A DNA stretch of 64,000 nucleotides from Felis catus (Eukaryota). The stretch covers positions 121,584,001 through 121,648,000 of the forward strand of contig NC_058368.1 of assembly GCF_018350175.1 (NCBI RefSeq), given 5' to 3'. The translations under genes and the position numbers were made by a program. The notes beneath the pieces are model-generated. The model made no database searches and was not told the DNA's origin. It worked only from the letters and a program-made list of their open reading frames with translations. Positions 57,294-64,000 of the stretch are shown here, piece after piece. Each line of letters begins with the position of its first letter. Position 1 is the first letter of the stretch.

Positions 57294-59636
57294 TCTAGAA
57301 GAGTGCCTGCCACTCTTAGTAATTATTTGTTGAAAGAAAGAAAAAAAAAAGGATGAGGAGTTTTAGGTCCATCTTTCCCTCAAGGATTTTCCCAGCATTC
57401 ATTTCACCATAGTCATCACCAGGAGTAGCTTTCACCCTAGAGCAAGAAAAGCTAAATCTTGGGTACTCAAAGGACGCAATGGCTGGCCCCATTATTGTTG
57501 TGCAAGATGGCATCTGGGGGAGAAAGATGTGAAGTTAAGGGTTGTAAAAATAAAATTGTACATCAGAACAAAGACACACTGAGGGGCACGACACCTAGAT
57601 AGGCATTGCTTATGAGAGCTGTGTGGATTTTCTTAATAGGATTTCTAGATCTTGGGAGACTTAGCATTTTCCACACTGCTTCCATTTCCTTTTTAGCAGT
57701 GGTCTTTGTGCCTCAATATGCCTATGAATCGGTTTTAACCTCCAGTTCTCTCCAAAATAGTAGTAACGAAGAAAATATTAATAATAAGAATAATGTTTGC
57801 TGTGCCAGGCCTGATGCACTGTCATCTAATTCATGACAACCTTGTGAGTCAGGTTCTGTTGTTAGCACCCGTTCTCCATATGAAGAAACTGAGGCTCAGA
57901 GAGGTTAAGTAATTTGTTAAGGTAGCACAGCTGGGATTGAGACCAAGCTGCAATGATAAAGTATATTAATTTAAGTCTATTAGAAGTATATAATATATAA
58001 TATTAGTTATAAATAATAAGGATAGTAGGTAATATAGTACAGTCGCAGACCCATTCAAAAGTCACTCTCATTAGTTGACAGCTATATATGCCATCTGAGG
58101 TCATTATACTTCTTTTCCATTTTTTCCACAATCAGAAAATATACAGCATACCAAATCATAATGACAATAATAATTAAAGAATTTTTGCTGGTTCTTTGGT
58201 TTGATTTTTTTTTCCTTTTGGAAAGAATGAGGCTAGCAGTTCTGTTCAGTGAAGACTCAGTGGGCTTTAGCATGATTTGAGAGTTAAGGAAAGAGTGCCC
58301 TTCCCAATGGATATTTTTGCTAATGGATGGGTCCCAGGAGCCAAGATTCCTTTGAATTTGTTTGTGTGTCTATGATATTGAAAGGCAAATCATGCACATG
58401 GTATGCAATTTAAAAAGGCGGGGGCGGGGGGGGGGGCAGATCTAGAGTGAAAAGTCAGTCTCCATCCCTCTCTAATCTCCCAGTTCCTCTTTCCAGAGGC
58501 AACTCCAGTCCTTTCCATTGTAGGAGTCCTAGCAGTTAGCTCTCTGCTTAAACAGGCATGTGGGTGGATTCAAGGCTCCATCTGTAGAGAGTTTTCCTGT
58601 TTCCAGAGCACATCCACATGCAAACAGCCCAATTGTGTGAAAGAAATCTGTTGACCAGCTCCATGCATGTCCCCTTCACAGCCTTCCTCCCGGGTCCTGA
58701 GACATTTAACGAGGTCTGGCATGTGTCCTACAAGCCACTGTTCCTTCTCCACCCTCTTGGAAAAATCATTAAATGTCTCACAGGTATTTAATCATAAAAC
58801 CTAAATAAAGTGGAGAAGCGTGTGCCAAGTCTGGCTTTTTTAAAAAAGTAGTGATCCTTGAATTTCCCTTCATATGCACGTCTCTCCCCTCCTCTGCTGG
58901 GCTCAGATGCCAGCTGTGGGTTGCCATGGTCCGAAGAAGGACCTGTGGGTCTCCCCTGGCAGATGCTGCCACTGTTTTAGCCTGAGGGCCCTGCAGGCAG
59001 CCCCTGGCAACATTTTTAATTCAACATCAAACTTCAACTTGAAATTTGAAAAAGAGGGGGAAAATGACAAGATGTCAGTGTCTCGGAACCTAGCAAGTAG
59101 GGCTTGTAAATGTACCCAATTTGGGATTGCTTTAAGCTGGGGAAGTTTCTCGCTTTTTGTGGCTGCTGAAAGTGATTCTGCTCCATCAAAGGGACCCTAA
59201 GGGATGCCAGAACGGCTCAAAGGGGATGCTGTGTCTCAAGAAGACACCTCCAGAGTTGGTCAGAGAGCCTTCTAAACAAAGGCAGGTGGAAAGCTGTCCA
59301 GTTCTGTTAGGTGAAAAGCTCAGTGACAAAAGGACAGTTTGTGAAACAGTGTGTATGAAAGGCACCGTCTTTGGAAAAAAGTATGTGTGTGAATGCATAG
59401 CAAAAAGTTTGTAAGGCTATAACCCCAAAAATTCATAGTTGTAAGATTGTATCATATTTACAATTTTTTTTTATATCTTTCTCTGTTGTCTGGATTTTTT
59501 TTTGCAAAGATCTTATATAGCTTATAAACACAAAAATGTTAAGTTGAGTGAAATTTTAAAATTAAGAAGGTAACAAAACTGGGTTCCTGTTATCTCCCTG
59601 CCCACAGGTTCCTAGAATTGAAAATAGCAAGCCCTT

Positions 59637-59857
59637 GGGGCACCTGAGTGGCACAGTCTGTTAAGCGTCTGACTTTGGCTCAGGTCATGATCTCACGGCT
59701 CGTGCGTTCAAGCCCCATGTCGGGCTCTGTGCTGACAGCTCAGAGCCTGGAGCCTGCTTCAGATTCTGTGTCTCCCTCTCTCTCTCTGTCCCTTCCCCAC
59801 TTACACTCTGTCTCCCTCAAAAATAAATTAAAACATTAAAAAAAAAAAAGGAAAAGA
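59637..59857 (+). mobile_element. Can-SINE
   Basis: SINE head and tail; degenerate TSD tagcaagccct / tagcaggtcct. Confidence 0.9.
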
Positions 59858-61707
59858 AACTAGCAGGTCCTCAAATGCCTATGCAGCTGGATTGATTGCT
59901 CACATTTCCAGCTGTATAGGGAGCGACTTTACTCAACAGTGTGCTGGGCACATTGTGAGCAAGAGTTCAGTAAGAATTGCTTCCTCTGAACAGAGCTTCG
60001 CTGTTTACCACTGACTTCGTCCTCTCATGTGATCCCATAGAAATTCTGGGAGATACACGGAACAGCCACTTTTTCCCCTCAGTTGCATATAAAGAAACTG
60101 AGGCTTAGAGAAACAGGATGTAGGCAGTAGACTTGGACTGAAAGCTGGTCTTCAGACTCAAAGTCCACAGCACTAAGTGCCACAGACTTGAAGATACGTG
60201 TACATTTGGGTACAATCTTGTGCATTCCTGACCATCCCCAGCTCCTCTGGGGTGGTGGTGAGTAAAAACTTTCCTTTAAAACCAAAAGTGTAAACTTGGG
60301 AATCATCTGGGACAAAGGCTTCTGAAGGTAATGCATTACCGACCTCTGTTAGATGTGCTGCTTGGTAAAGATGTTCAATGAATTGTGCTGTCCTACTGAG
60401 CCTCCAATGAAGATTTCGTAGGATTTTAAGGGACTGAATTTTGGCAAGGGTTGTCCCATGTTCTAGGTTCAACTGTGGCACCGAGCACATCTATGATACA
60501 CTGCGATGCTCTTTTTTTGAGGAACAAAAGAATGAGTGAGTTTGGATCAGCTCTAGGGGAGCTTTAGGGAACCACCTTTTTCCCCTTGCCCATGCTGACA
60601 GGTCTGGTTGTCTGCCAGGCTCATCTCTGGACCTCTCTGCTCCTTACCTCCCACCAGACTGCTGTACTGCCTGCTGGTCAGAGCTCCGGCTCAGGAATGA
60701 GTGGGATGGAGAGCAGAGCTGAGGCAAATGTGGGGAGAGTGTATATATATCTCACATATATACACACACATATACACACATATAAAAGCTATGCTAAGAA
60801 GAGGGATGAGTAGCAAAATTGAACATGTAAAAAAAACATCTCCTTGCTCCCCCATCTCCCAGAAAGGAACACAGTTTCCCCTCAATTCTAGCTGCTCTGA
60901 GCGCTAACTATAAAAATAAAAAATGAGAAATGGAGCTCGTGGTTGTCATTTCAAATACAAATGGGTGTGTACATTCAGCCTTTGTGACTAGATAGCTCCC
61001 ACCTCCCGTGCTCTGGGTTTATTGGCTTTGACTTATTGATAGAGCGTCCTGGGGCCTGAAGTCCTCCTTCCCACAGAGCAAAGACACCATCAGCAACCGC
61101 TCTCTCCTCTCCACCCATGAATAATAATGTGGAGGATGATGCCGGTGTTATTATTATCATTTGGTATTTAGCCAACGTCTTTCCCCGAAGTACTTAAAGC
61201 ACTTTATAGGCATTGCCTTATTATTCCTCACAATACCTCCCTCGAGAGAGGGCGAGTACAGAGATTTGATTTCCATTTCACTGAGAGGAGAAGCTGAGAC
61301 CCAGAGCGACGAAGGGCTGCTCCAAGGTCACCTGGAGGAACTGGGCTGAGGTCAGGAGAAGAACCAAGGGCTTGTAATGGCTGTTTAAGGGCGCCTCCCC
61401 ACCCACCCCGAGGGAGAATGAGTCATTAGCTCATTCACCGAGTTGTAAGTGTAGTAAGACATTAAAAGGGAACTTTTGGCTGAGGCACATTCTAAAGTGA
61501 GGTGCTGGAACCAGATACAAACATTTTCAAAGTAGGTGCCTGAGAACCCCCTCCCTCACCTCAAGGGTGTGTATGAGCACTGTTAGTTGGAGATTAGAGG
61601 ATTTTTGAAGAGGATTTCTTTACCCCAAGGGGAGGGGAGTGGGGCTACACTTCACGGGAGCACAAGGAAAAAGACTTCAAGGAGACCACTCAAAGAGCAT
61701 AAAATGA

Positions 61708-61892
61708 GGGATGCCTGGGTGGCTCAGTCTGTTAAGCGTCAGACTCTTCATTGAACTCAGGCCATGATCTCACAGTTTATGAGATTGAGCCCAGCATTGG
61801 GCTTTGTGGTGACAGCACATAGCTTGCTTGGGATCCTCTCTCTTTCTCTTTCTTCTCTCTCTCACTCTCTCTCCAGATAAATAAATAAACAT
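61708..61892 (+). mobile_element. Can-SINE
   Basis: Degenerate TSD aagagcataaaatgag / aagtgcttaaaacgag. Confidence 0.87.
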
Positions 61893-63359
61893 TTTTTTAG
61901 AAGTGCTTAAAACGAGTGCTTTACTGCTTCCGATGTGCAGTGGAGAGGTATGAACTGTGTCCAAGAAATCCAAGAGCCTGAGGTTGGCTGACATGGCATC
62001 TAGTGCTGAATGGAGGGCTGAAACTTGGGAAGTAATTGCTTTCTTAGAGTGTAGTGGAACAAAGAATGCATGAGTGTTTTCCATGATCAGATATGGGCCA
62101 TGTATAAGAGAGCATCACTGTGGGACCTTCTTAGATTCTGCTCAAGAGGACCAGCAGAAGAGGAAATAGGAGTTCAGTACAGGGAGTGGAATCCAAAATA
62201 CCCAGGGCTATGGATGGAGTCATAAGCATTCAAACAGAAGAGGAATGCATTCATTCATGTCAAGGAAACTGAAAGAGCAATCTATGTTGATGGAGTCTCC
62301 AAAGAACACATGAAAGCCCCCCAGGAGAGTCAGCCTTACCCTTCTGCCAAGTCTAACATTAACATCATCCAGTGAGAACTTTACTTTACTTTATATCCAG
62401 TGAGAACAGAAGTAAAGTTTCTTCCTCAGCCTGCCTGGCCCTGCAGGAGCTGGGGTGGGGGTGGAGAATTAGAGGCACTTATAGAAGCCTATCCCATCTC
62501 ACCCCCAACTCCAGGTCTAAGGGGGGAGAGGCAAACATTTAACTTTAAGTCATATTAGACATATTTATTAAAACATGGTGACTGACCATTTTGATTATCA
62601 CTTTGGGGCAACGTTTTATAAAGGAAAGTGACCAAAGCTACCTAAGAGTACACAGAAGTCATGAGACCTGCCTAAAGTCTCATACAGTGAAGAAGCTCTT
62701 TTGGGCTTCTTCCATGCCCGGAGTTCCTCCTACCCGCTGTAGCACACATTTAACCTTTCTGTTTTCTGCAAGTCTATATCACAGTCTGAAACCAGCCCAA
62801 AGTGAGCACCTTGAGCTCAGCACAATGTCTTGGTACGTAGCTGGTGTTCAAGAGGTAGCTACAGACTGCCTGATAACACTTACATACAAGCGTGGGCTAT
62901 GGAGTCAGACATCTGCGCATTACTAGCTGCATGATCTCTGGTAAATTATGTACTCTCTCTGAGCCTCAGTTTCTTCATCTGTGAAACAGATTGCTAATGC
63001 CTCTCTGAGAGGGCATCTGGGGGGATTGAACACGACTATTAACAATCTATATACCTTGAAAAATTATTTGCTGAATGAATCACTAACTCAAGTGATGCCT
63101 TGTATTATTCCTTATTAACACACTTAAGCCTTTTGTTTCCCATCAGATCTGAGATTCTACAATAGTGGGGCTCAGCTCTCATCCTCAGTACAAGTGTTAG
63201 GCAGACAGTGCTGGGTGGATACCAGTGGCTGATTAAGATTGTCTTTGCCATGGAAGATTGCACCATCTGGAAGCCCTTCTGTGGAAATAGAGTGTACAGT
63301 CAGGGCAGTGTATTTCAGGGAAGTGAAGTAATACAGGTGCTCAATTAGGTTGTTGGGTG

Positions 63360-63515
63360 ATAAATAAATATATATATATATTTAATATATTGTTATAAAT
63401 TATATAATAATAATTATTCTAAATTATTAATAAATATATATTTATTTATTATAATATAAAATAAATTATATAATTATATATTATATATATACATATATAT
63501 AATATATATATATAT
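63360..63515. repeat. AT-rich low-complexity / (TA)n tract
   Basis: Read directly from the sequence. Confidence 0.9.
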
Positions 63516-64000
63516 GAGCCAGTCGATATCCTAAGTGCTTTATATACAATCTCATTGAGTCCTCATACACCCCTACGAAGTAGACTTCATTATTGTATCC
63601 CCCCCATTTTTTTTGCTTTGTTTTGTTTTGTCTTTTTGTGTTTTGAGGAAATTGAGGATTAGAGAGGTTAAGCAACTTACTCAAGGTCACGTAACTATTA
63701 TGGGAATGATGTTATTGAGATGCATTAACCATTACTGGACCTAGGAGGTTTACTGTTATGGATTCCTATTTCTCATCTCCTGTATCCATAATTCCAGTGC
63801 CAACCTAGTGTGACATTAGTTGTTTACATGTCTTTTCTTATTATCTGTTATTTTGCAAGCATTCTGAGTACAGGCACCATGTCCTTCTCATCTCTATGTC
63901 TTTCCAGGCCCTTTCTCAGAGCATGTGCTCAGTAAATGCTTGTTCCATAGACTGTTGGGCACATCTACACCCACACCATGCATCACTTCTGTTCACTCTC

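Noticed and set aside
21000..64000. Exons of neighbouring genes or a processed pseudogene
   Set aside because: No ORF here resembles a protein I recognise other than LINE products. A degenerate pseudogene or small exon cannot be excluded without BLASTX.

Overview
This is mammalian genomic DNA. Dense tRNA-derived Can-SINEs of the felid SINEC_Fc type and a young carnivore L1 point to a cat-family genome. The only protein-coding gene I can support is an intact two-exon POU4F3 (Brn-3c; the hair-cell POU-IV transcription factor, DFNA15 in human) on the + strand: CDS 13012..13131 + 13449..14345, 338 aa, with a TATA/GC-box promoter inside a CpG island. The rest is non-coding. It holds several further CpG islands, motif-dense candidate enhancers, about 24 Can-SINEs, two 5'-truncated L1s with clean TSDs, ancient L2/MIR/MER/MLT remnants and microsatellites. 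I found no prokaryotic-type system, CRISPR array or additional real gene, and I cannot claim a new biological system. The most interesting signals are regulatory: (i) two uORFs in the POU4F3 leader, one of whose stop codons overlaps both tandem start codons (ATGATG); (ii) a TATA box plus strong splice donor unit about 2.5 kb downstream of the gene, suggesting a separate short first exon; (iii) candidate ATOH1/POU4F/SOX enhancers; (iv) a 52-bp x4 MIR-derived minisatellite that multimerises an E-box/CRE motif; (v) a zone of about 14 kb around the gene that lacks carnivore-specific insertions. Repeat family names come from recognising consensus sequences by eye, and their boundaries are approximate.
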